Part shown: piece by piece, positions 24,702 to 32,053 of the stretch
Position numbering within the stretch: the first letter of the stretch is position 1
How the letters are laid out: each line of letters starts with the position of its first letter
IMG/VR virus record: IMGVR_UViG_3300022741_000066
Coordinates: 1 to 32,053 of that record
DNA: 32,053 bases
Origin: a virus
Taxonomy: Duplodnaviria > Caudoviricetes
Direction: 5' to 3' (one strand)
Position numbers and translations under genes: made by a program
The notes under the pieces: generated by a model
What the model was told of the DNA's origin: nothing
The model's input: only the letters and a program-made list of their open reading frames with translations
Databases searched by the model: none

Positions 24702-25007
24702 TCATGCTTCGCCGCCGAGGTCGGTGAGCGTGAACGGGATCGGCTTGTTCAGGTCGTCGAGCCTCGTCGACAGCCCCTCGCCGTCCATGAGGGCGTGCGC
24801 GAGCCGGTGCAGTGCGAAGCCGACTGCCTGCGCGGCGAGCTCGGGCGTCAGGTTCGCGCCGAGGTTGGTGCGCACGTCGAACTCGAACGTGCTCTGCGCG
24901 AGCGGCGCCTCCTTGAGGTGCACCTGAATGACGGCGTCGGCGTCGGTCAGGGCCGGGAACTCGCTGACGGCCTGCGCGCGGAACGTGACGATCGTGGAGG
25001 TCTGCAT
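24702..25007 (-). CDS. Hypothetical protein (101 aa)
   Basis: GGAGG RBS, ATG at 25007 (MQTSTIVTFRAQ...). Confidence 0.7.
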   Translation of the reverse strand: MQTSTIVTFRAQAVSEFPALTDADAVIQVHLKEAPLAQSTFEFDVRTNLGANLTPELAAQAVGFALHRLAHALMDGEGLSTRLDDLNKPIPFTLTDLGGEA

Positions 25008-25009
25008 GG

Positions 25010-25390
25010 TCAGCGGACCTCCACGACGGGCGTGCCCGTGTCGTAGACCGCGGCGGCGTCGAGGACGGCCGGTGCGACCTGGTCCTTGATCGCCGTCGTG
25101 TCGGGCTTCGTCTCGGTGCGGTACAGGCCGGGCCACGTGTCCGCGGGGAACGCCGCCTCGAAGCGGGCGACGTTCAGGCGGCGGGCACCGTTCTTCACGG
25201 TCACCCGCGTCGACCCGAGCGTGGTGGTCTTGCCCGCGGGCAGGCGACGACGCAGCTCGGCCTCGATCTGCTTGACCCGGTCGGTCTCGGCGGTGATGGT
25301 CTCCTTGCGCTTGGTCAGCTCGAGGGCGAGCTGGTCGAGCTCGAGCAGGTCGTCGTCGGTCAGGTCGATGTCGTCGGTGTGGTCGGTCAC
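25010..25390 (-). CDS. Hypothetical protein (126 aa) with N-terminal coiled coil
   Basis: AGAGG RBS, GTG at 25390; coding-like composition. Confidence 0.75.
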   Translation of the reverse strand: MTDHTDDIDLTDDDLLELDQLALELTKRKETITAETDRVKQIEAELRRRLPAGKTTTLGSTRVTVKNGARRLNVARFEAAFPADTWPGLYRTETKPDTTAIKDQVAPAVLDAAAVYDTGTPVVEVR

Positions 25391-25417
25391 GGTCGGAACC
25401 TCTTCTCTGTGGTGTGG

Positions 25418-25699
25418 TCAGGCGGTGTGGGAGTACTGGTTGCGGTGCCGGGCGTGGTTGCGGACGGCGAGGTCCGCGCTCTCGGGGGCCTTGAGCGCAG
25501 CGACCAGGTCGGTGCGGCCGGCGCGTTGCAGGACGCGCTCCAGGACGTCGCGGGACCGGTAGCCGAGACGGTCGGCGGCGCCGGTGAGGGTCTCGCCCCA
25601 GCGGGCCATCCACTCGCAGTCCTCGACGACCTGCTCCAGGCGGGACTGCGCCCCAGGGGCAGGCGTCCGAGGGCGACCGGCGTGCAGCCGCGTGCTCAC
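25418..25699 (-). CDS. Small HTH-like protein (93 aa)
   Basis: GTGA-coupled; VEDCEWMARWGETLTGAADRLGYRSRDVLERVLQRAGR. Confidence 0.7.
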   Translation of the reverse strand: MSTRLHAGRPRTPAPGAQSRLEQVVEDCEWMARWGETLTGAADRLGYRSRDVLERVLQRAGRTDLVAALKAPESADLAVRNHARHRNQYSHTA

Positions 25700-26391
25700 G
25701 ACGTCACCCCCCCCCTGACGGGACTGGGCGGGTCGCCCAGGAGCGCGGCCTCCCAGCACTGCCCGCACCCCTGACCGCCGTACCGGTGCCGGTCGAGGTG
25801 CGTGCACGCGGCACGGACGGTCGCGGCGAGGCGGTGCGTGGGCCCGAACCAGGCGGGTCGCCGGGGTGCACCGGTGTGCGCGGACCCGGCCCCGTGCTGG
25901 CGGACGTCGCGGGCGAGTCGCGTGGCCTCGGCGAGGGTGATCTGTCCGCCGGTCACCATGTCCTGCACCTCGTCGGGCAGGTCGATCAGCAGGAGCCGCT
26001 GCTGCACCGTCGAGGTGCTGTACCCGGTGCGGCGTGCGATCTCCGCGACGGTCACCCGCCGGGCCCGCAGCCGGGCGAACGCCCGCGCCTGGTCGAGGGG
26101 CTCGAGCTGCTTGTGCATCGCCGCGGCGAGCATCGTCGACAGCTGCCCGTCGACGTCGCCGTGCTTGGACGCCAGGCAGGGCAGCGCCTGCGCACCGGCC
26201 TGCTTGGCGGCGGCGTACCGGCGGTGCCCGTCGAGGATGAGCCACCCGTCACGGTGCTGGGTGACGACGAGGGGCTGCAGGAGCCCCACCTCACGGATCG
26301 ACGCCGCGAGCTCGGTCAGGTCCCCGAGATCGCCGCGGATGTTCGCGGGGTTCGGGTGGATCCGCTCGAGCGGGATCATCGGCAGGCTCAC
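25696..26391 (-). CDS. ParB/Srx-domain protein with HTH
   Basis: IHPNPANIR...LTELAASIREVGLLQPLVV...LDGHRRYAAA; LEPLDQARAF...TVAEIARRTGYS; GTGA-coupled to whiB. Confidence 0.88.
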   Translation of the reverse strand: MSLPMIPLERIHPNPANIRGDLGDLTELAASIREVGLLQPLVVTQHRDGWLILDGHRRYAAAKQAGAQALPCLASKHGDVDGQLSTMLAAAMHKQLEPLDQARAFARLRARRVTVAEIARRTGYSTSTVQQRLLLIDLPDEVQDMVTGGQITLAEATRLARDVRQHGAGSAHTGAPRRPAWFGPTHRLAATVRAACTHLDRHRYGGQGCGQCWEAALLGDPPSPVRGGVTS

Positions 26392-26702
26392 GGTCGCACC
26401 TGCCCTCGGCGCAGCTGGGCGCGCTCGTGCTCGTCGAGGCCGCCCCAGATCCCGTACGACTGCCGGGTGGTCATCGCGAACGTGAGGCAGTGGTCGCGCA
26501 CGTCGCACCCCCGGCAGACCGTCTTCGCCGCGGCTATGCGGGCGGTCCGCTGCTGCCCGGGCCGCTCGTCGGGGACGTCGAAGAACAGCTCGGCGTCGAC
26601 GTCGGGGGCGGTGCACGCGGCAGCGTCCTGCCACCGGTCGATGTCGCGGCCGACGATCGGACCGGTCTGGCGGGTCAGGGTGCGCGAGCGCAGGTCAGCC
26701 AC
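26388..26702 (-). CDS. whiB: WhiB-family Fe-S transcription regulator
   Basis: WQDAAAC...LFF...AKTVCRGCDVRDHCL...GIWGGLDEHER. Confidence 0.93.
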   Translation of the reverse strand: MADLRSRTLTRQTGPIVGRDIDRWQDAAACTAPDVDAELFFDVPDERPGQQRTARIAAAKTVCRGCDVRDHCLTFAMTTRQSYGIWGGLDEHERAQLRRGQVRP

Positions 26703-27393
26703 GGGGGACCACCTCGATGAGACCCTGGCGGTGCTGCTCGCGGTGGTACTTCACGTCGGGCTCGATCTCGGACTTCGTCGTCGACCGGGAGGACTTCGAC
26801 CAGGTGCAGTGCTGGCACTCGGCCAGGTGACGACCGGACGGGAGCGTGCGCACCGGCACCCGGGGGCTCGAGATGACCGGGTGGAACAGCGGCTCGTCGG
26901 TCTCGCCGGGCAGAGGCAGGACGATGACGGTGGTGTTCGGGTTGATGTAGAGCTGCTGCTGGAAGTTCGACCCGCTGAACATCCGCAGCTCGTCGTCCGT
27001 CAGAGGCTCCAGGTCCAGGACCGCGGCCAGTCCCGGCCTGTGAAGCGCGGTGCGGACACGTCCCCGCAGCGGGGAAACGAAGGGCCGCTGCCCGGCGGGG
27101 CGGTACTCGATCGGGGTCCCGACGCGCAGCTCGCGCACCAGGACCGTTCTCAGGAGGTCCGTGATCGTGAAGGTGAACTCGCCGTACCGGCCGAAGCCGA
27201 TGACACCGCGCCCCGTCGAGATGTCCAGGTCGACCGCGTAGTCCGCGCTCATCAGGAACCGCCCGGCGTACGCGTGGACGGCCTGCGCGAGCCGGTCGGC
27301 GGCCGCCGGGGCATCGGTGTTCAGGTCGACGTACAGGGGCGGCACCTCGTGGGTGCGACCGATGCGGGTGAACGTGACGGTGATCGTGCTCAT
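26695..27393 (-). CDS. Hypothetical protein (232 aa) with a C-terminal C2H2-like motif
   Basis: GGAGG RBS and ATGA coupling at 27393; CQHC...YHREQH near the C-terminus. Confidence 0.7.
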   Translation of the reverse strand: MSTITVTFTRIGRTHEVPPLYVDLNTDAPAAADRLAQAVHAYAGRFLMSADYAVDLDISTGRGVIGFGRYGEFTFTITDLLRTVLVRELRVGTPIEYRPAGQRPFVSPLRGRVRTALHRPGLAAVLDLEPLTDDELRMFSGSNFQQQLYINPNTTVIVLPLPGETDEPLFHPVISSPRVPVRTLPSGRHLAECQHCTWSKSSRSTTKSEIEPDVKYHREQHRQGLIEVVPRG

Positions 27394-27716
27394 CGGGCAC
27401 CTCCCGGGCGGATGTCCTTCGACCGGACCGCGATCGCATCCGCGGTGACCCGCACGACGGCGGGCAGCCCCCGCACCGGCATCTCCGCCAGCAGCTCGAC
27501 GACCTCGTGGGCCATCGCGTCCATCGGCCGGACCCACCAGGTCCCGGTCTCCGGCCCGGCCGACCACACCGACCAGGTGCCGCCCAGCCGCCACAGCCGC
27601 ACGGTCGTCCCGGCGACGGGCTTCGACCCCCGCGGCAGGTCGTACTGGTGCCGCTCGTCCGGGTCCAGGCGGCGCAGCAGGTCACCGTCCGCGACGCGAC
27701 GCAGGCGGGCGCTCAT
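27390..27716 (-). CDS. Hypothetical protein (108 aa)
   Basis: ATGA-coupled at both ends; MSARLRRVADGDLLRRL... Confidence 0.7.
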   Translation of the reverse strand: MSARLRRVADGDLLRRLDPDERHQYDLPRGSKPVAGTTVRLWRLGGTWSVWSAGPETGTWWVRPMDAMAHEVVELLAEMPVRGLPAVVRVTADAIAVRSKDIRPGGAR

Positions 27717-27883
27717 CGCAGCCCCCCGGCGATCGCGACCGTCGCGGCACCGAGCACGAACCCGGCGACAGCGACGAGCACCCCGGTCCACCCGTGGGTG
27801 CGGTGCGTGGTGTGCGCGTGGACGAGGTCGTGGGCGGCGGACTCGACGACGACGTCGAGCTGGTCACGGGCCCGGGCGGTCAC
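27713..27883 (-). CDS. Small membrane protein (56 aa)
   Basis: Manual translation MTARARDQLDVVVESAAHDLVHAHTTHRTHGWTGVLVAVAGFVLGAATVAIAGGLR; coupled overlaps at both ends. Confidence 0.65.
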   Translation of the reverse strand: MTARARDQLDVVVESAAHDLVHAHTTHRTHGWTGVLVAVAGFVLGAATVAIAGGLR

Positions 27884-28239
27884 AGGGCACCGCCGTGCTG
27901 GTTGCGGCGTGCGACCTCACGGCGCCGGTTCTCCAGGAGGGTGACAGGCGCCAGCGGCTCCGGTGTGAGGACCGGGTGGGTGTCGGCGACCGGGATTCCG
28001 GACGCGGCGAGGAGCGCCTCGAGGTCGTCGTCGCCGCGGGTGATCGGTCGCGCGATCGCCGCGAGCTCGCGCAGCGCGGTGTCGCGGGTGTCCTGGTCGA
28101 ACGGCGGTGCGTCCGGCGTGAACCCGTGAGCGGCGGCAACCGCACGGAACTCGGGGGTGCTGGTGTGCGCGCGCACGGCGCGCGCACGGTCGACCATCGG
28201 CGTGACGGCGGCGGTGCGTCGGCGGGGGAACAGGCGCAT
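27880..28239 (-). CDS. Hypothetical protein (119 aa)
   Basis: ATG at 28239 just after the previous stop; GTGA overlap downstream. Confidence 0.65.
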   Translation of the reverse strand: MRLFPRRRTAAVTPMVDRARAVRAHTSTPEFRAVAAAHGFTPDAPPFDQDTRDTALRELAAIARPITRGDDDLEALLAASGIPVADTHPVLTPEPLAPVTLLENRRREVARRNQHGGAL

Positions 28240-28241
28240 GG

Positions 28242-28478
28242 TCAGCTCGCCTTCGCGGTCGGCGTGGGCGTGGCGGCGCGTGCGGCGGCGATGCGGGCCT
28301 TCAGCTCCTCGAGCGACGGGCCCGTCGGGGTGTAGGCGCGGGCGGCGGCCTCCTCGATGGGGAGGGTCTCGAGCTCGCGGTACGCGATGGCCAGGGTGCG
28401 CCCGGCGCGACGGATGCACTCCTCGCGCGTGGGCCTGGGACCGGAGGCGGTCGTGTGGGTTGGCCTGTTGTCGACCAT
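28242..28478 (-). CDS. Hypothetical protein (78 aa)
   Basis: GAGAGGA RBS, ATG at 28478 (MVDNRPTHTT...); first gene after Cro. Confidence 0.65.
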   Translation of the reverse strand: MVDNRPTHTTASGPRPTREECIRRAGRTLAIAYRELETLPIEEAAARAYTPTGPSLEELKARIAAARAATPTPTAKAS

Positions 28479-28517
28479 CGGTAGGGTGTCCTCTCGATCG
28501 TTGTTTCGGTCAGACGT

Positions 28518-28550
28518 GAGGCCGGTACTCGTTGGCGCGGGGCCGGCCTT
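28518..28550. terminator. Hairpin downstream of Cro
   Basis: GAGGCCGGT / GCCGGCCTT inverted repeat; orientation is uncertain. Confidence 0.4.
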
Positions 28551-28557
28551 CGTCGTG

Positions 28558-28788
28558 TCAGGCGGTGGCTCGGGCAGGCGTCGATGCGACGAGGCTCGAG
28601 ATCGAGACGCCGAGGAAGGCGGCAGTGGCCGCAAGCTCGTCGGTCGTCCACGAGGACGACCCGGCGAGGCGTCGGGCGCCGGTTCGTTCGGCGAGGCCGA
28701 CGCCCAGGTAGAACTCCTCGCGGGAGATGCCCTTGGAGGCGAGCTCGGCTCGCACTCGAGAGGCGATCCGCTCGTTGATCGTTGCCAT
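28558..28788 (-). CDS. Cro-like HTH regulator (76 aa)
   Basis: MATINERIASRVRAELASKGIS...ARRLAGSSSWTTDELAATAAFLGVSISSLV; divergent from the repressor. Confidence 0.85.
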   Translation of the reverse strand: MATINERIASRVRAELASKGISREEFYLGVGLAERTGARRLAGSSSWTTDELAATAAFLGVSISSLVASTPARATA

Positions 28789-28878
28789 ACGGCAATCGTG
28801 GCCGCTGTCCAGGCGGGTGTCAAGTGGCAATCATGTGCCGCCCTTGCAACCCGGTTGCCGATATGACAATCTCGACCT
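28781..28878. promoter_or_regulatory. Lysis/lysogeny switch: divergent promoters and operator-like repeats
   Basis: Leftward TTGACA (28823-28818), 17 nt, CACGAT (28800-28795), 6 nt before the Cro ATG. G(G/A)CAATC occurs at 28791, 28826 and 28865; TTGCC-N4-GGCAA at 28782-28795. Confidence 0.7.
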
Positions 28879-29262
28879 ATGCCAACTGCAGCTCGAGACC
28901 TTCCCGGTCCGCTATCCGTCGAGGTCGCGTCACTGCTTCGGCAACGGATCGCAGCGCTGAACATCGATCAGAAGACAGTCGCGGAACGGTCGCAGATCAA
29001 CGAGAGCACGCTCTCTCGCCTGCTCAACAACAAGAAGCCGATCTACCTGGAACAGCTAGATGCGCTCTGTGCAGCACTGGGCCTGGAGATCGGGGGCCTA
29101 CTCGACGCCGCCGACCGTGCAACGCGACGCCGACGACTCAGGCTCATGCTGACGCCCGCACATGAGACCTACGAGCACGAGACCTACGAGACCGCGCGAG
29201 CAGTCGCGGACGATGCGCCCGACTTCGAAGGCGAGGATGTCGCGAACGAGGAGCAGCCGTGA
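28879..29262 (+). CDS. XRE-family immunity repressor
   Basis: IDQKTVAERSQINESTLSRLLNNKKPIYLEQLDALCAALGL HTH; acidic tail; divergent from Cro. Confidence 0.88.
   Translation: MPTAARDLPGPLSVEVASLLRQRIAALNIDQKTVAERSQINESTLSRLLNNKKPIYLEQLDALCAALGLEIGGLLDAADRATRRRRLRLMLTPAHETYEHETYETARAVADDAPDFEGEDVANEEQP
29161..29190 (+). repeat. 15-bp tandem duplication in the repressor (HETYE x2)
   Basis: CATGAGACCTACGAG CACGAGACCTACGAG. Confidence 0.8.
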
Positions 29263-29585
29263 CGGACCCGGGCAACCTGGTGGCCTACCTACGCCGATAT
29301 CGTCCGGGAATGAGTCGCGAGGAGGTCGCGACCGCTTGCGGTGTCTCCATCGCGACGCTTACGCGTCGCCTCCGTGAGGGCCTGGATACCGCGGAGGTCA
29401 TCCGAGCGGCACGCTACTTCGGCGCGTCGCCCACCGAAGCGCTCCTTGAGCTCGGAGTACTCGAGGTCAACGATGTCCGCCGCCACGTGGCCATCGAAGG
29501 ACTGCACGCGGTCTCCGAGACGACCTTGATCAGCGAACTGCTGAGACGCACCGCCGATCGCAACCGCGCCATCCATGACCGATGA
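29259..29585 (+). CDS. Second HTH repressor-like protein (108 aa)
   Basis: GTGA-coupled; MSREEVATACGVSIATLTRRL HTH; VIRAARYFGASPTEALLELGVL; SETTLISELLRR. Confidence 0.8.
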   Translation: MTDPGNLVAYLRRYRPGMSREEVATACGVSIATLTRRLREGLDTAEVIRAARYFGASPTEALLELGVLEVNDVRRHVAIEGLHAVSETTLISELLRRTADRNRAIHDR

Positions 29586-29629
29586 CGGTGCCGACCAGGT
29601 GGAACGTTCCACGCCCTCGCGTACTCGCG

Positions 29630-29672
29630 CGCGTAAGGCGGGTCAACTGGAGAGAACCTGTCATGCGTCATG
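29630..29672. repeat. 43-bp direct repeat, copy 2
   Basis: CGCGTAAGGCGGGTCAACTGGAGAGAACCTGTCATGCGTCATG; 41/43 identical to 19772-19814. Confidence 0.9.
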
Positions 29673-29802
29673 TGCCGCTCGAGGCAATGCCCCTGACCTG
29701 CGCAGACGCGTCATGACGGGTCCGCGGCCGAACCGTGTCGGAGGCTCACGGTTGGATGGGCGCCAGTCGATGGTGATGACAGGACCACGGGGGAGGTGAC
29801 GA

Positions 29803-30204
29803 GTGGACGACCTGCTCGAGCTCGCAGAACGTGAGGGCGTGCACGTGAACTGGCGGGACCTCGGCCGCCGCCGCGGGGAGTACCGTGCCGGTGCGCGCCT
29901 GATCACCCTCAACCCGCGCATGTCGACGACGCTGCAGCGCTCCACGCTCGCGCACGAGCTCGGCCACCACCACCACGCCGACCGGTGGACAGACGACCCC
30001 CGCGAGCACGCCACCCAAGAACGCCGCGCGAACCTCCACGCGGCGCGACTGCTCATCGACCCCGCGCAGTACGCGGCCGCCGAACAGCTCGTCGGCCCGC
30101 ACGCCGGCGCGATCGCCCGCGAACTCGGCGTCGCCCTCTACGTCGTCGACGCCTTCCGCGCCACCCTGCTCCACCACATCCCAACAGCCAGGAGGTCAGC
30201 ATGA
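29803..30204 (+). CDS. ImmA/IrrE-family metallopeptidase (anti-repressor)
   Basis: RSTLAHELGH HExxH motif, QERRANLHAARLLI, IARELGV; GGAGG RBS. Confidence 0.9.
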   Translation: MDDLLELAEREGVHVNWRDLGRRRGEYRAGARLITLNPRMSTTLQRSTLAHELGHHHHADRWTDDPREHATQERRANLHAARLLIDPAQYAAAEQLVGPHAGAIARELGVALYVVDAFRATLLHHIPTARRSA

Positions 30205-30611
30205 GGTCCAGCGAGTGGAACCGGTCGGCCGGAGCGATCGTCTCCGGCATCGTCCTGTTCATCGTCGGCCAGTTCGTCTTCCAGCTCGGCCAGCAGTCCG
30301 CGCTGCGAGCCAGCCTCACCGCCGGCTCGTACGGCGACGACGAGGCCGGGAAGGTCCCCATGATCCTCGGCGGCGTGCTCCTGCTCGCCGGGCTGATCAC
30401 CCTCGGCTGGGGCGTGTGGCAGATGGCCACGAACGTCGACCTCGCCGCATTCGTCGCGTCGCGCAGACTGAAGGCCGACGAGCAGGAAGCCGAGCGGGAA
30501 GTCGCGGCGACGATCGAACAGGAGCGTGAAGCGCGCCGCGCCGCGGCCGACGCTCTCGCGGCCCGCCGCAGCAGCGACGAGCCGCCCACGGCAGGTGACG
30601 GACCGCAGTGA
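30201..30611 (+). CDS. Two-TM membrane protein with a coiled-coil tail (136 aa)
   Basis: AGGAGG RBS, ATG at 30201; hydrophobic AIVSGIVLFIVGQFVF and MILGGVLLLAGLITLGWGVW segments. Confidence 0.8.
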   Translation: MRSSEWNRSAGAIVSGIVLFIVGQFVFQLGQQSALRASLTAGSYGDDEAGKVPMILGGVLLLAGLITLGWGVWQMATNVDLAAFVASRRLKADEQEAEREVAATIEQEREARRAAADALAARRSSDEPPTAGDGPQ

Positions 30612-32053
30612 GGAGACCTCTCGCGGTCGTCCCCGACGTCCCGCCGCGCGCGATCGCGTACGTGCGGGTCTCCGACGAGGGCGGGCGCGGCGACGCGCTC
30701 CTGTCGCCCGAGATCCAGGTAGCCGCGATCCGTGCGCACTGCGAGCGCAGCGGGTACGAGCTCGTCGACGTGCTCGAGGACGTCGACCTGACAGGACGGT
30801 TCTGGCGGCGACGGCAAGTCGAGACCGCGGTGAGCGCGATCGAGTCCGGTGCGGCCGACGTGCTCGTCGTGTGGAAGGTCTCGCGCGTCGCGAGGAACCG
30901 CCGCGACTGGGCGATCGCGGTGGATCGCGTCGAAGGCGCCGGCGGGAGGCTCGAGTCGGCGACGGAACCGAACGACCAGAACGCGTCGGGGAAGTTCGCG
31001 CGCGGGATGCTCGCCGAGCTCGCCGCGTTCGAGTCGGACCGCATCGGGGAAGGCTGGCAGGAGGTTCACGCGCGGCGTATCGCCGCGGGACGGCCCGCGA
31101 ACGGGAAGCCGCGCTGGGGGTACACCTACGACGCTGAGACGAAGCTGCACGTGCCGGACACGGTCACGGGGCCCGTGCTCGCCGAGGTGTACCGGCGGTA
31201 CATCGCGGGGGAGTCCGTCTACGCGCTCACGCGGTGGCTCAACGAGCGGGGCTTCCGCACGAGCGACGGGTACTCCTCCCGCGGGCCTGGACTGTGGTCG
31301 TCGCGGTCGCTGCGACGCGTCCTCGACTCGGGGTTCGCGGCCGGGCTGCTCCTGGTCGGCAGGGAGCACCGGCCGGGCGTCCACGAGCCTGTGATCGACT
31401 CGGACACGTGGGAGGCGTACCTCGTCGCCCGTGAGCGGCGACGCGTGCACCGCGGGTCCGAGCGGTCGCAGTACCTGCTGTCGGGGCTCGTGCGCTGCGA
31501 GTGCGGGTCCGCCATGACTGCGGGGCAGTTCGGCGACAACCACGTCCCGAAGTACCGGTGCAAGGCCGCGGTCGAGCAGGGCGCGCACCGGGGCGGGTAC
31601 GTCACGGCGGCGCTCGTCGAGGGTGCCGTGATCGACTGGCTGCGTGACCTGGCCGTGGAGGTCGACGAGTCCACTGCCGCCGCGAGCGCCGCCGCGTCCG
31701 CGCGGGTACGGCAGGCGCACGACGTTCGGCGCCTCGAGCGGGAGATCCGCGCACTGGACGAGCAGCTCGTCGACCTCACCCGGCAGCTCGTCCGCAAGCT
31801 CGTGCCCGAAGCCGCGTACGTGACCCTGCGCGACGAGCTCACCGCGCAGCAGACGCACCTGCAGCAGCAGGCCCGCGAGCTTGGAGTCCAGTCGCGTCGG
31901 GAGCCGCCACGGCAGGTCGCCCGGGACCTGCTCGCGCAGTGGGACGTCCTGCCCGTCGAGCACCGGCGGCAGAGCCTGCATGACCTGATGCGGCATGTCG
32001 TCGTCACGCCCGGACGTCCGCGGGCGACGTTCCGCATCGTCGAAGCCTGGTGA
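30608..32053 (+). CDS. Large serine integrase
   Basis: AIAYVRVS catalytic Ser, DVLVVWKVSRVARN, LAELAAFESDRIGE, recombinase domain, Zn ribbon LLSGLVRCECG...YRC, coiled coil. Confidence 0.96.
   Translation: MRRPLAVVPDVPPRAIAYVRVSDEGGRGDALLSPEIQVAAIRAHCERSGYELVDVLEDVDLTGRFWRRRQVETAVSAIESGAADVLVVWKVSRVARNRRDWAIAVDRVEGAGGRLESATEPNDQNASGKFARGMLAELAAFESDRIGEGWQEVHARRIAAGRPANGKPRWGYTYDAETKLHVPDTVTGPVLAEVYRRYIAGESVYALTRWLNERGFRTSDGYSSRGPGLWSSRSLRRVLDSGFAAGLLLVGREHRPGVHEPVIDSDTWEAYLVARERRRVHRGSERSQYLLSGLVRCECGSAMTAGQFGDNHVPKYRCKAAVEQGAHRGGYVTAALVEGAVIDWLRDLAVEVDESTAAASAAASARVRQAHDVRRLEREIRALDEQLVDLTRQLVRKLVPEAAYVTLRDELTAQQTHLQQQARELGVQSRREPPRQVARDLLAQWDVLPVEHRRQSLHDLMRHVVVTPGRPRATFRIVEAW

Larger units (their letters stand above)
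1..32053. mobile_element. Temperate siphovirus prophage (actinobacterial), partial: tail genes to serine integrase
   Basis: Complete syntenic run of terminase, portal, capsid, tail and tape-measure genes, plus a replication module, a repressor/Cro switch and an integrase. Lysis genes and att sites are not in the window. Confidence 0.97.

Noticed and set aside
29414-29671. Minus-strand ORF MTHDRFSPVDPPYA..., apparently paralogous to the 19556-19813 ORF
   Set aside because: The similarity is just the translated 43-bp DNA repeat; the rest is antisense to the HTH gene.
32000-32053. attL/attR site
   Set aside because: The window ends at the integrase stop, so the attachment site cannot be seen.

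Overview
A very GC-rich (actinobacterial, Micrococcales/Cellulomonas-like by inference) temperate siphovirus prophage fills the whole window. A long minus-strand arm runs from a Cro-like gene (28788) through early and replication genes (WhiB, ParB-like, Cas4-like nuclease, SSB, Prim-Pol/SF3 helicase, Holliday-junction resolvase) and a Zn-finger/HTH late regulator. It continues through the packaging, head and tail module: TerS, XF1762/Mom-like protein, TerL, portal, minor capsid, scaffold, capsid, connectors, tail tube, frameshifted chaperones, tape measure, and an FN3 tail protein cut by the left edge. A short plus-strand arm carries two HTH repressors, an ImmA/IrrE peptidase, a membrane protein and a large serine integrase ending at the last base. 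The most unusual signals are not ordinary genes. They are (1) a ~147-nt multi-stem, possibly pseudoknotted RNA element before the head-tail adaptor gene; (2) a 53-nt tRNA mimic with no anticodon arm after ssb; (3) a 46-aa Cys/His-rich gene nested out of frame in the primase-helicase linker; (4) a 43-bp repeat with YGTCAT motifs found both after the primase and ~10 kb away in the immunity region; and (5) two antisense insertions. All product calls come from motif recognition and synteny; no database searches were run.
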